DNA of 64,000 bases. It comes from SAR202 cluster bacterium bin22. Its GTDB lineage: Bacteria; Chloroflexota; Dehalococcoidia; Lucifugimonadales; UBA3495. The stretch spans positions 19,845 to 83,844 of the forward strand of contig MPMM01000014.1 in assembly GCA_002238505.1 (NCBI GenBank), read 5' to 3'. This document shows, one piece after another, positions 10,464 to 20,552 of this stretch (position 1 is its first letter; each line of letters begins with the position of its first letter). Under the pieces are notes generated by a model. It searched no databases. It had not been told where the DNA came from and was given only the letters and a program-made list of their open reading frames with translations. Both the position numbers and the translations under genes were made by a program.

Positions 10464-10844
10464 ATGGAAGCCGCCCAGATACTCCAGCCAGAAACCAATC
10501 CCAACATACCCAACTTCGGCGCCGGTGATACGGTCAGGGTCAACTTCCGCATCAGGGAAGGAGAACGAGAGCGTATCCAGGCGTTCCAGGGCGTGGTCAT
10601 CCGCCGCCAGAACGGTACGGGGCCCTCGGCCAACTTTACCGTTCGCCGCATTGCCGGCGGGGGGGTGGGGGTGGAACGTATTTTCCCCCTGTATTCTCCG
10701 CTGATCGATTCGCTGGAAGTTACCCGCCGGGGCTCAGTGCGCCGGGCCAAGCTTTACTACCTGCGCGGGCTGCAGGGACGCGCCGCGCGTATCAAGGAAA
10801 AGACGGTGCCCCGCCGCCCCCGGGGAGAAGCTGCCCAGCAGTAG
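10464..10844 (+). CDS. rplS: 50S ribosomal protein L19
   Basis: [26 protein letters not shown]...[19 protein letters not shown] matches the L19 signature region. Confidence 0.95.
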   Translation: MEAAQILQPETNPNIPNFGAGDTVRVNFRIREGERERIQAFQGVVIRRQNGTGPSANFTVRRIAGGGVGVERIFPLYSPLIDSLEVTRRGSVRRAKLYYLRGLQGRAARIKEKTVPRRPRGEAAQQ

Positions 10845-11039
10845 GTGAATTCCGGATGGAGACTAGGGCCGCCTGAACGGTTACCTGCCTGAACTGCTGG
10901 CGACCAACGCCGTTTCCGGCTGGCCCTTCCCCTTCGACCAGAAAGTCGATTCCTGGCTTGACCGGGCATATCGCATGGGGGGATTTCTCCCCCGCCCATG
11001 CTGTCCGGCGCATGACAACCCAGCCGGTGGCCAGCGCCT

Positions 11040-13610
11040 ATGACCAGATACGCAGAAGTAGCGGTGGACGCTCCGGTTGGCCACTCCCGGACCTTTTCCT
11101 ACAGCATTCCCGAATCAATCCGCATCGAACCCGGCCAGTTGATCTGGGTCCCTTTCGGCCGCCGTATTCTGCAGGGCGTGGTAATGGAACTGGTACCCGC
11201 GCCCAGCGTGGAGGTTACCAGGGACATATTGCAGGCCATCGAACCGGGCCGCCTGCTGGACGATACGGCGCTGGCGCTGGCCCGGTGGATTGCCAGCTAT
11301 TACCTTTGCTCCCTCTATGACGCCCTGGCCCTTTTCCTTCCCCCGGGTTTCAAAGGCCAGGTGCGCTCCCGAATCCTGCCCCTTGCCGTTGACGTTCCCG
11401 ACGCGCAGGCCCTGAAGCCGGCTTCCAAAGAGGCCCTGGCCGCCCTGGCCGAGCAGGGACGGATGAGCGAGGCGGAGTTTGCCAGGCTGCTGGGCCGGGC
11501 CGGTATTCGCGAGGTCAACCGCCTGGTGGACCGGGGTTTCGTCCACCGTCGGGTGGACCTGCCCCGTCCCCGAACCTTCCGCTACGACTCGCGCCTGTTT
11601 CCCACCGGCTTGCCCGATGCCCTGGGCAACTGGCCCGAACTGTCCGTCAGGGTTTCTGCCAGGCAGGAGAACCTGCTGCAAACCGTACGGGAAGCAGGAA
11701 ACGGGTACTCCACCACGCTGGCCAACCGGGAGTTTGGGCCGGGCGTGGGAGACGCCCTGGTGGAGAAGGGGCTGGCGGGCCTGGAATGGGTTCGGCAGGA
11801 ATCGCGGTCGGTGGAGGGAGGAGGCGTCCCCGGGGAAGGCGCCGAAAGCTGGCCTGCTGCCGAGGTACCGCCGGTACTGAACCCGGACCAAGCCGCCGCA
11901 TTGCGGGCTGTCGAGGAATCCCTGGCCAACCCGTCATGGCAGCCCGGCACGTTCTTGCTGCACGGGGTGACGGGAAGCGGCAAGACGGAAGTGTACCTGC
12001 GCGCCATCGAGAGAACGGTGGCCCTGGGCAGGCAGGCCCTGTTCCTGGTGCCGGAAATCTCCCTGACTCCGCAGACGGTCCAGCGGGTGAACGCCCGTTT
12101 TCCCGGGAGAGTAGCGGTTACCCACAGCGGCCTAACCGACCGGCAGAGGTTCGACCAGTGGTGGCAGATACGGGATGGCGACTACGACGTGGTTGTCGGC
12201 CCCCGGTCGGCCCTGTTCGCGCCGTTGCCCAGGCTGGGCCTGATAGTCATAGACGAAGAGCACGAATGGACCTACAAGCAGGCGGAGGCCCAGCCCTACT
12301 ACCACGCCCGCACCGCCGCCCGGGAACTGGCCCGAAGGACCGGGGCCACCGTGTTGATGGGCAGTGCCACCCCGGACATCGAGACCTACTACCACGCCCT
12401 GCAGGGCAACCACAAGCTGCTGGAACTGCCCAGCCGGATTCCCTTCGGAATCAGGCCGGATGGCGGGCAGGGGAGCGGCCAAAGCGGTGAAACCGGCGAA
12501 GGGTCGGACTTGACCGACACCGGCGACTCCATCGACACCGCCGACACCGGCGACACCGGCGACTCGACCAACGCCGGAGGCCTGGCCCGGGTGGAGATTG
12601 CGGACATGCGGCAGGAACTGCGCCAGGGCAACCGGAGCATCTTCAGCCGGGCCTTGGCGGAAGGACTGTCCCAGTGCATTGAGCGGGGCGAGCAGGCCAT
12701 TTTGTTTCTCAACCAGCGGGGCAGCGCGCCCATAGTCCAGTGCCGCGACTGTGGCTACGTGGTCACCTGCAGCAGTTGTTCGGCCACCCTCACCTACCAT
12801 GCTTCAGAATCCAGGCTTCGGTGTCACCGGTGCAACCGGCGCAGTCGTACGCCCGACATTTGCCGCCGTTGCCAGGGCCGTCATATCCGGCAGCTGGGTG
12901 TGGGAACCCAGCGGGTGGTGGACGAGGTAAAGACCGACTTTCCCGGCGCGGTGGTAGAGCGGTGGGACTCGGACGCCGCCCGCTCGGGCATGGACCCGGA
13001 CGAGACCATGCGCCGCCTGGCCGGGGGCGAGGTACAGGTGCTGGTGGGCACCCAGATGGTGGCCAAGGGGCTGGACCTGCCCAACGTAACGCTGGTGGGG
13101 GTTATTCTGGCCGATGTGGGCATCTACCGTCCCGACTTCCGCGCTGGCGAGCGGGCCTTTGGGCTGCTTTGCCAGGTGGCCGGCCGCGCCGGCCGTGGGG
13201 CCAGACCAGGGCGAGTCATAATCCAGACCTATAATCCGGACCACTATGCCGTGACGGCGGCCGCGAACCAGGACTACGCCTCGCTGGCCCGGGCGGAAAT
13301 AATCACCCGCCGCCGCCAGGGCAACCCGCCCTTCAATCAACTGGTGCGCCTGCTCTACCAGGACTCCAACCCCACCACGTGCCAGCGGCAGGCCACCGTC
13401 GCGGCACGACTGATGCGGGAACGCATCCGGTCCCAGGGCCTCACGGACGTGAGCGTCCTTGGTCCCGCCCCCGGCATCCCCCCGAGGATACGGGGCCGGT
13501 ACCGGTGGAACGTGCTGCTGCGGGGCCGGAACCTGCACCGCTTCCTGGAGGGGCTGGACCTGCCAGCACGGGACGCGACGATAGATGTTGACCCCGTTGA
13601 CCTGCTGTAA
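11040..13610 (+). CDS. priA: Primosomal protein N' (replication restart helicase PriA) with a low-complexity insertion
   Basis: Walker A GVTGSGKT, DEEH box (VIDEEHE), Cys-rich zinc module (CRDCG..CSSC...CHRC...CRRC). Insertion at about 12450-12585. Confidence 0.93.
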   Translation: MTRYAEVAVDAPVGHSRTFSYSIPESIRIEPGQLIWVPFGRRILQGVVMELVPAPSVEVTRDILQAIEPGRLLDDTALALARWIASYYLCSLYDALALFLPPGFKGQVRSRILPLAVDVPDAQALKPASKEALAALAEQGRMSEAEFARLLGRAGIREVNRLVDRGFVHRRVDLPRPRTFRYDSRLFPTGLPDALGNWPELSVRVSARQENLLQTVREAGNGYSTTLANREFGPGVGDALVEKGLAGLEWVRQESRSVEGGGVPGEGAESWPAAEVPPVLNPDQAAALRAVEESLANPSWQPGTFLLHGVTGSGKTEVYLRAIERTVALGRQALFLVPEISLTPQTVQRVNARFPGRVAVTHSGLTDRQRFDQWWQIRDGDYDVVVGPRSALFAPLPRLGLIVIDEEHEWTYKQAEAQPYYHARTAARELARRTGATVLMGSATPDIETYYHALQGNHKLLELPSRIPFGIRPDGGQGSGQSGETGEGSDLTDTGDSIDTADTGDTGDSTNAGGLARVEIADMRQELRQGNRSIFSRALAEGLSQCIERGEQAILFLNQRGSAPIVQCRDCGYVVTCSSCSATLTYHASESRLRCHRCNRRSRTPDICRRCQGRHIRQLGVGTQRVVDEVKTDFPGAVVERWDSDAARSGMDPDETMRRLAGGEVQVLVGTQMVAKGLDLPNVTLVGVILADVGIYRPDFRAGERAFGLLCQVAGRAGRGARPGRVIIQTYNPDHYAVTAAANQDYASLARAEIITRRRQGNPPFNQLVRLLYQDSNPTTCQRQATVAARLMRERIRSQGLTDVSVLGPAPGIPPRIRGRYRWNVLLRGRNLHRFLEGLDLPARDATIDVDPVDLL

Positions 13611-13872
13611 GGGTAGTGAAGTGTTCCATGTGGGGGAAACACCGTTCGGCCCAGGCGACCGATATTCCTGACCGTTGGCGTTGAGCCGGCGGAAGGGTCG
13701 CCCCGCTGGCCCAGAGAAGGGCCGGGGCGCCCGCCAACCCGTCGATGGAGCCGCCGCGGACGGATGGCGGTCATGAGCATCACCACGCTATGTATGGACT
13801 GGGTCCGGCGGGGATGGTTACACTGGGTTCAAAGTCGATTCAGGGCATTCCACATGATTAGCGGTTACAACC

Positions 13873-14403
13873 ATGTCTCTTGCCAACGCAAATCGCCACG
13901 CGGAGCTGAGCCGGCGCCTGCTGGAGCAGGCCAACTACGAACTGCACACGCAGGGGGATCGAGTGCAGGCATCGGACAAGGCATCCGGCGCGGTGGCCCA
14001 GGCGGTAAAAGCCATCGCCGAGGACCGGAACTGGCGACACGGTTCCCACAACCTGCGGCGGGAGATTGTTGGGCTTATTGCCAACGAGTTCGATCAGCCA
14101 GATTTGGTGAATCTGCAGGGGATAGCCGACCAGTTGCATGAGAACTATTACGAAGACCGGATGAGCGATGCATTGGTCGGGTATTTGCTGGACCAAATCA
14201 ACGGTCATATTGAAGCCTTGTGGAACGTAAGGGAAAGGGCGGCCAGCCCCGACTTTTCCCCTTCCCCCGAGCAGCAACGCATCATCAACCGGCTGCTGGT
14301 ACCCGAGGCTGTGGCCCGGGCTGACGAGAGCATTGACTTTCCCCCTCCCATGCCACCGTTTAACCCGCCGTTCGATCCCCCGTTCGACCCGCCGGCGGGC
14401 TGA
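13873..14403 (+). CDS. PaREP1/HEPN-like helical protein with Pro-rich C-terminal tail
   Basis: The pattern QASDKASGAVAQAVKAIAE...GSHNLRREIV resembles the PaREP1 family signature as recalled. C-terminus is PPMPPFNPPFDPPFDPP. Confidence 0.4.
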   Translation: MSLANANRHAELSRRLLEQANYELHTQGDRVQASDKASGAVAQAVKAIAEDRNWRHGSHNLRREIVGLIANEFDQPDLVNLQGIADQLHENYYEDRMSDALVGYLLDQINGHIEALWNVRERAASPDFSPSPEQQRIINRLLVPEAVARADESIDFPPPMPPFNPPFDPPFDPPAG

Positions 14404-14567
14404 GGCCGGACGGGGCCCCGCTGCCGGTTTTGCAGGGAGTCCCCGCCGGAACAGGCACCCGACCATATCTTTGCCCTTTTCAGTCGCCTCGGCTATAATT
14501 ATGTGCCGAATCCGGCGTGAAGTTTCACGTCCTCAGCCCTTTGAACCGTCCCGGGAGGTAGCCCATC

Positions 14568-15260
14568 TTGGCGCTCTTGACCATGCGGCATGTTCCCGAC
14601 CCCATACTGCGGCAGCAGACGCGGCGCATTACCCAGATTCCGGCCAACATGAAGCAGTACACCGACGATATGGTGGAGACCATGCATGCCGAGCATGGCG
14701 TAGGCCTGGCCGCCAACCAGGTTGGGGGACTGCAGAAGGTAGCCGTAATCCAGTTGCCCGAGTGGGATGAACCGCTGATACTGATCAATCCGGAAATCAT
14801 CCGGCGGGAAGGGGAGCGTGAGGTGGAAGAAGGCTGTCTCAGCATTCCCGGCTATCGGGGAATGGTGAAGCGGTCCGAGCGGGTACGGGTCAGGGCCCTG
14901 GACCTAAACGGGAAGATGGTGCGAATCAAGGCCGATGGCCTGCTGGCCCAGGCTCTGGAGCACGAGACCGACCACCTGAACGGCGTTCTATACATCGACC
15001 ACCTGGTCTCGCGGGAAAGCTTCTGGAAGATTACCTACGAGGCAGACCCGCCCGAACCCACTGACGACGAGGCCACCGCCGAAGAAGCCCAGGAATCCCA
15101 GCAGCCCCAGGAAAGCCAGGAACCCGGGGAAAGCCAGGAACCCGGGGAAAGCCAGGAACCCGGGGAAAGCCAGGAACCCGGGGAAAGCCAGGAACCCGGG
15201 GAAAGCCAGGAACCCGGGGAAAGCCAGGAACCCGGGGAAACCAGGGAGGAATCGGAGTAA
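14568..15260 (+). CDS. def: Peptide deformylase with C-terminal acidic tandem-repeat tail
   Basis: All three PDF motifs are present: GVGLAANQ, EGCLS, HETDH. A non-ATG start is implied by the ORF track. Confidence 0.92.
   Translation: MALLTMRHVPDPILRQQTRRITQIPANMKQYTDDMVETMHAEHGVGLAANQVGGLQKVAVIQLPEWDEPLILINPEIIRREGEREVEEGCLSIPGYRGMVKRSERVRVRALDLNGKMVRIKADGLLAQALEHETDHLNGVLYIDHLVSRESFWKITYEADPPEPTDDEATAEEAQESQQPQESQEPGESQEPGESQEPGESQEPGESQEPGESQEPGESQEPGETREESE
15111..15236 (+). repeat. Seven perfect 18-bp tandem repeats (gaaagccaggaacccggg) inside the def 3' end
   Basis: Read directly from the sequence. Encodes (ESQEPG)x7. Confidence 0.95.
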
Positions 15261-15305
15261 CAGGCCTGGAGAGCAGGTTTTTCCCTGCCTGTTGCCAGGG
15301 CAGGG

Positions 15306-16928
15306 ATGCAAAAGGGCCTCCGGCAGTTACGCAGCCGCGACTTTTCCAGCACAGCAAAATCCGGTGAAGTGTGTCTTCACCCGCCAGGAAGCCCCGCCAT
15401 TCTTAATCAGATCGCCCAGTTCTTCTCCACTCGCTTTCCCGCCGGGGAAGCAGGCGCTTACCTGGTGGGCGGCTTCCTCCGCGATTCCCTTCTCCGGGGC
15501 GAAATTGCCGACTTCCGCAGCGCGTCCGGCCCTCGCGACATGGATATTGCCGTGCCCTCCACCGTGGCGTCGGTGGAGGAACTGGGCCGGGAAGTGGCTG
15601 CGCGCCTGGGCGGCGCCTGCCAGCCTCACAACCTGACCCGGGGCGTGTACCAGGTAATCGTACCGCCGCCGCCTGACGGGGAAGGCTCCGACGGGGGGTC
15701 GCTGGTGGTGGACCTGGCGCGCTACGAGTCCGGCATCAACGAGGATATGGACCGGCGCGATTTCACCGCCAATGCCATGGCCCTGTCCTTGGACCACCCA
15801 GCGCTGCTTAACGATGACCTGGACGAATGGCCCATTCCTGCTGCCGAGTGGGCCAATGACCTGGTTGACCCCTTCGGCGGTCGGCGGGATGTGTACCGCA
15901 AGCAGATAAGGACAGTGAACGACGAGGTGTTTCGCCTGGACCCGGGCCGACTGCTGCGGGGCGCGCGCCTGGCGGGACAGTTGCAGTTCATGCTGGCGCC
16001 GGAAACGGCCCGGCAAATCCGGCGGGACGCGCCCCAACTGGAGAAAACCGCCCCGGAAAGGGTGCGCGACGAGTTTATGACCATCCTGGCCGGGGAAGGG
16101 GCGCGCGGACAACTGGAGGTACTGGACCGGCTGGACCTGTTGTGCCGGATAATACCCGAGCTGGCATTGACCAAGGGCGTGGAGCAGCCCAGCGCCCACT
16201 ACTGGGACGTTTGGAACCACAACCTCCATACGGTGGAGTACGCGGAACTGATTACGCGCGGCCACCAGAACTCGGCAATTTATTCGCTAACTCCCTGGAA
16301 TGAAGAGGCGGCAGCCTACTTCGCCGAGGAAGTGGGCGACGGCTTTAACCGCCGTACCGTCCTGAAGCTGGCTGGCCTGCTCCACGACATTGCCAAGCCC
16401 CAGACCAAGGGGCCCGACAAGACGGGCCGCATCCGGTTTCTGGGCCACTCGGAACTGGGCGCGGAAATGGTTACGGAACGGCTGACCCAGCTACGGTTCA
16501 GCGCGAGGATAGTTTCCATGGTTGCCCGAATGGTGGAACACCACCTGAGGCCCTCCCAGCTTCGCCACGGCGATGAGGAGCCCACACCAAGGGCGGTGCA
16601 TCGTTACTATCGCGACGTGAACGACGTGGCCATCGACACGGTTTACCTGGCCATGGCGGACTACCTGGCGGCCAAGGGTCCGGAGGTTGTAGCCGACCGT
16701 TGGGCCAATCATGCTAGAATGTTAGGCAATTTGCTGGATGCCGGGCGGGAACAGGCCCCGGCGGAGGGGGCCCGTCGGCTCTTGACGGGTCACGACCTCA
16801 TGCAGCACCTGAACCTCCCGCCGGGGCCGCAAATTGGCCGCCTGCTGGAGCAGATTGACGAGGCGCGGGCCGCCGGCGAAATTTCCACCCGGGAAGAAGC
16901 CCTGGCCCTGGCTGATGGTTTGAAATGA
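15306..16928 (+). CDS. cca: tRNA nucleotidyltransferase (CCA-adding) / poly(A) polymerase family with HD domain
   Basis: YLVGGFLRD, RRDFTANAMA, HD motif LLHDIAKP. The true start may be downstream of 15306. Confidence 0.85.
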   Translation: MQKGLRQLRSRDFSSTAKSGEVCLHPPGSPAILNQIAQFFSTRFPAGEAGAYLVGGFLRDSLLRGEIADFRSASGPRDMDIAVPSTVASVEELGREVAARLGGACQPHNLTRGVYQVIVPPPPDGEGSDGGSLVVDLARYESGINEDMDRRDFTANAMALSLDHPALLNDDLDEWPIPAAEWANDLVDPFGGRRDVYRKQIRTVNDEVFRLDPGRLLRGARLAGQLQFMLAPETARQIRRDAPQLEKTAPERVRDEFMTILAGEGARGQLEVLDRLDLLCRIIPELALTKGVEQPSAHYWDVWNHNLHTVEYAELITRGHQNSAIYSLTPWNEEAAAYFAEEVGDGFNRRTVLKLAGLLHDIAKPQTKGPDKTGRIRFLGHSELGAEMVTERLTQLRFSARIVSMVARMVEHHLRPSQLRHGDEEPTPRAVHRYYRDVNDVAIDTVYLAMADYLAAKGPEVVADRWANHARMLGNLLDAGREQAPAEGARRLLTGHDLMQHLNLPPGPQIGRLLEQIDEARAAGEISTREEALALADGLK

Positions 16929-17025
16929 GGAGAGTTCCAGCGCGCGAAGGTACCGGGGTATGAACCGGCCGGTTCCTTCGCGCCTCTTTGTGTCCCCCTG
17001 GGGGCCAAATCAAAAGGAGTAACCG

Positions 17026-19050
17026 ATGCGCAGGCGCAGTGTCCAGCTTTCCATCCTTATCCTGATCATTCTGGGGCTTTCGGCGACGGCCCTGGGGTTC
17101 CGGGACATAAACATAGATGTCCCCGGATTTCCCGCCCTGGTTCGGGGCGGTGACGGCCCCCTGGGCCTGAAACTGGGCCTGGACCTGAGCGGCGGCGGCC
17201 ACCTGGTGTATCAGGCCGATACGGGCACCCGTATTGAGGTGGGCTTTGCCGACCCCACTCGCGGGGTGGTGGTTGAAAACGCCCTGGAAAGCTTCGGTGT
17301 GACCGGATACGACATCCGCCCGCTGGATGACCGCACCTACATCGTCACCACCGACCTGCTGGACGATGTGGTTAAGGAGGGGCTGGAAGACGCCATTAAC
17401 CTTACCCGCATTGAGTTCAGCTTCGACCCGGAACTGGAACTGCCCGAAGACCCTGCGGTGGACGACGTGGCCCAGGACCAGGGACTGGAGAACTATCAGG
17501 TAGAACAGACCGGCGTTGATAACTTTTTCCGAATCAGCACCACTTCCGCACTGGATGAAGTCCAGCAGGAAGAACTGGAAACCGCCCTGGCGGAAGGGGT
17601 TGGTGAGGTGACGGAGTTCTCAACGGAGACGGTGGGCACGGCTTCCTACTCCCTCAGCGAGATACAGCCGCCCACGGCAGACCAGATGGAAGGCGTGCTG
17701 GACCGGATAAATCGCCGGGTCAACCTGTTCGGTACCGAGGAGCCCATTATTCAGCTGTTTGGCGAGGATCGGGTTATTGTTCAGTTGCCCGGCGCCAGCG
17801 GTTCCATTTCCCAGGTTGCGTTCAGCGAACCCACCGACGCAGCGGCCGTTGAGGGTGTTCTGGTGGCCCAGGGCTACGAGGACTTCACCGTTGACGCCTC
17901 GTCGGATACCCAGTACGAAATTCGGACAATCTCCATCAATGTGAACCAGCAGAGCGCCCTGCGCAGCGCGCTGTCATCCAGCATCGGCGAGGTTGCTACC
18001 TTTGATACCACCGGTGGCATCGAGACGGCCAAGGCCCTCATTGGACAGACTGCCCAGCTGGTTTTCAAGGAGCGGACCTGCTCCGACGTCACCTGCTTCA
18101 CCTTTACCGATGCCGAGATCGGCCTTACCGGAGACGACCTGGAAAGCGCCTTCGCCTCCACCGACCCCAATACCGGGGAGTGGGAGGTCAACATCGCCTT
18201 CGGCGACCGGGGCACCGGCATCTTCGGAGACTTGACGCAGCGCATCGTAGGCATAGATACCAAGCGCATCGCCGTATTCCTGGACGATGAGCTTCTCATT
18301 GCCCCGGTATCGCTGGCCTGGATTCGCGATGGCCGCAGCTCGATCACCGGCAGCTTCTCGCGGGAAGAGGCCCGTACCCTGGCGATCCAGCTGGAGGCCG
18401 GCAGCCTGCCCGTACCGCTGGAACTGATCCAGGAGAGCGACGTGGACGCCCTGCTTGGCGAGGAATCCCTGAAGAAGAGCCTGCTGGCCGGCATCATCGG
18501 GCTGGGGCTGGTAATGGTCTTCATGGTCGCCTACTACCGCATGGCCGGAATTGTGGCCGCCGTGGCCCTGATCTTTTACACCGTAGTCGTGCTGGCGGTA
18601 TTTAAACTGGTGCCCGTTACCCTGGGCCTGTCCGGTATCGGGGCCTTCATCCTGTCCATCGGTCTGGCGGTGGATGCCAACATCCTGATATTCGAGCGGA
18701 TGAAAGAGGAAATTCGCATCGGCCGAACCCTGGCCTCTTCCATGGAGGTGGGATTCAACCGGGCGTGGCCTGCCATCCGCGACGGCAACTTCTCGACGAT
18801 CATTACTTGTATGGTGCTGCTGTGGCTGGGCAGCCGAACCGCCGACGACCTGGTAACGGGCTTTGCCTTCACCCTGTTCATCGGCGTGGTGGTCAGCATG
18901 TTCACCGCCATAGTACTCAGCCGCAACCTGCTGCAGCTTATGGCCTGGATTGGCCTAGGTCGGCAGTTGGCCCTGTTCAGTCCCGAAGGGTCGCCCCGCC
19001 CGGGCGCCTCGGCCAGGGCCGGCGCTGCGGGTCAGCCCCGCAACGTGTAG
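17026..19050 (+). CDS. secD: Protein translocase subunit SecD (large periplasmic domain)
   Basis: LGLDLSGGGHLVYQA motif, C-terminal 6-TM SecD/F domain, GGAG upstream of the ATG. Confidence 0.92.
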   Translation: MRRRSVQLSILILIILGLSATALGFRDINIDVPGFPALVRGGDGPLGLKLGLDLSGGGHLVYQADTGTRIEVGFADPTRGVVVENALESFGVTGYDIRPLDDRTYIVTTDLLDDVVKEGLEDAINLTRIEFSFDPELELPEDPAVDDVAQDQGLENYQVEQTGVDNFFRISTTSALDEVQQEELETALAEGVGEVTEFSTETVGTASYSLSEIQPPTADQMEGVLDRINRRVNLFGTEEPIIQLFGEDRVIVQLPGASGSISQVAFSEPTDAAAVEGVLVAQGYEDFTVDASSDTQYEIRTISINVNQQSALRSALSSSIGEVATFDTTGGIETAKALIGQTAQLVFKERTCSDVTCFTFTDAEIGLTGDDLESAFASTDPNTGEWEVNIAFGDRGTGIFGDLTQRIVGIDTKRIAVFLDDELLIAPVSLAWIRDGRSSITGSFSREEARTLAIQLEAGSLPVPLELIQESDVDALLGEESLKKSLLAGIIGLGLVMVFMVAYYRMAGIVAAVALIFYTVVVLAVFKLVPVTLGLSGIGAFILSIGLAVDANILIFERMKEEIRIGRTLASSMEVGFNRAWPAIRDGNFSTIITCMVLLWLGSRTADDLVTGFAFTLFIGVVVSMFTAIVLSRNLLQLMAWIGLGRQLALFSPEGSPRPGASARAGAAGQPRNV

Positions 19051-19198
19051 GCGGGGATATGAGGTCAACCGGCAAAACAGCCATCAGGCCGCTCGTCCTG
19101 AGCTTGTCGAAGGGCGGCAAACCCGGATGGGGTGGTCCGGCAAGTTCACGAGAAATGGCAAACAGCAACCCCGCAAGGTATGGGGAGGAAAGGACAAA

Positions 19199-20199
19199 TG
19201 TATAACATCGTAGGTAAGCGGGGTTGGTATTTCCTGTTCTCGGCCCTGCTCCTGATTCCCGGGATTCTTTCGCTGGCCCTGCCTCCAGGCGGGTGGGTTA
19301 CCGGCGGTTCCGGGCTGCGGCCGGGCATCGACTTCACCAGCGGTTCCGTAATGGACATTACCTTTCAGAGGGCAGTGTCCCAGGACGAGGTGCAGCAGCG
19401 CATGGAAGCCCTGGGCCATCCGGAGGCCCTGATCCAGCGCACCGGCAGCCGGACGCTTCTGGTGCGGACCAAGGTGCTGGGCGAGGATGCCAGTGAGGGC
19501 AAGTCGGAGCGCCAGATAATTGAAGACGACCTCACGCAGAATGTTGCCCCGGTGCTGGCCGTCAACTTCGATTCGACCTCGCCCATTGTGGCGCAGGAAA
19601 CTGTGCGCAACGCCATAATCGCGCTGGCGGCGGCCTCGGTGTTCATCCTGCTTTATATCTGGTACGCCTTCCGGCGGGTGCCCCGGGCCTACCGCTACGG
19701 CATCAGCGCCATCCTGACCCTGATTCACGATACGCTGCTGGTGCTGGGGGTGTTTTCCATACTGGGCCGGGTGCTCAACATGGAGGTCAACTCCATGTTC
19801 ATCGTGGGCATCCTCACCGTGGCGGGTTACAGCGTCAACGACACCATCGTAATCTTCGACCGCATCCGAGAGAACGTCATTCGCTACCCAGATCGGGCCC
19901 TGGACGCGGTGGTCAACCTGAGTATCGTGGAGACCGTGGGTCGGTCCATCAACACCAGCTTCACCACCCTCACCGTGCTGCTGGCCATGCTGCTCATCGG
20001 AGGATCCAGCATCCGGGAGTTGCTGCTGGTGGTGGCCATCGGCGTGATTGTAGGTACCTACAGTTCGATTTTCGTTGCCAGCCAGTTCGTGGTCATCTGG
20101 GAGCGGGGCGAATTCGGCCGCATCATCGGCCGGGGCCGCCGGGCCGGCGCCACCGCGGCCACGGGGCTGCTGTCCGTATTTGGGCTGCTGGGGCGGTAG
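19199..20199 (+). CDS. secF: Protein translocase subunit SecF
   Basis: GIDFTSGS motif and SecD/F membrane domain. Start moved to ATG 19199 (MYNIVGKRGWYF), which follows ggaggaaagg. Confidence 0.9.
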
Positions 20200-20261
20200 G
20201 GGGTTGTGCGGTCGGTTCCTGTAACCAATTGTTCGTGACCGGAATATTCTGCCTATAATCG

Positions 20262-20546
20262 ATGATTGCAGGATTTCGAAGCCGGGGGCTTCAGCGTCTG
20301 TACGAACGAGGGGACCGAAGGCGAATACCACCCGACCATCTTGAAAGAATTGAGGATATACTTGCACTATTGGATGTAGCCACCGGACCTCGCGATATCA
20401 ACAGGCCGGGGCTCAGGCTGCACCAATTGAGAGGAAACCTTGCAGGTTTCTGGTCGTTGACAGTTTCAGGAAATTGGCGAATCATCTTCCGTTTTAATGA
20501 TGGCGACGTGGTTGACGTGGATTACCTCGATTACCACAGAGGCTAG
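20262..20546 (+). CDS. higB: HigB-type toxin (RelE/ParE superfamily, plasmid maintenance killer)
   Basis: RLHQLRGNLAGFWSLTVSGNWRIIFRF..GDVVDVDYLDYH is the classical HigB C-terminal pattern. Confidence 0.85.
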   Translation: MIAGFRSRGLQRLYERGDRRRIPPDHLERIEDILALLDVATGPRDINRPGLRLHQLRGNLAGFWSLTVSGNWRIIFRFNDGDVVDVDYLDYHRG

Positions 20547-20552
20547 GTGTAT

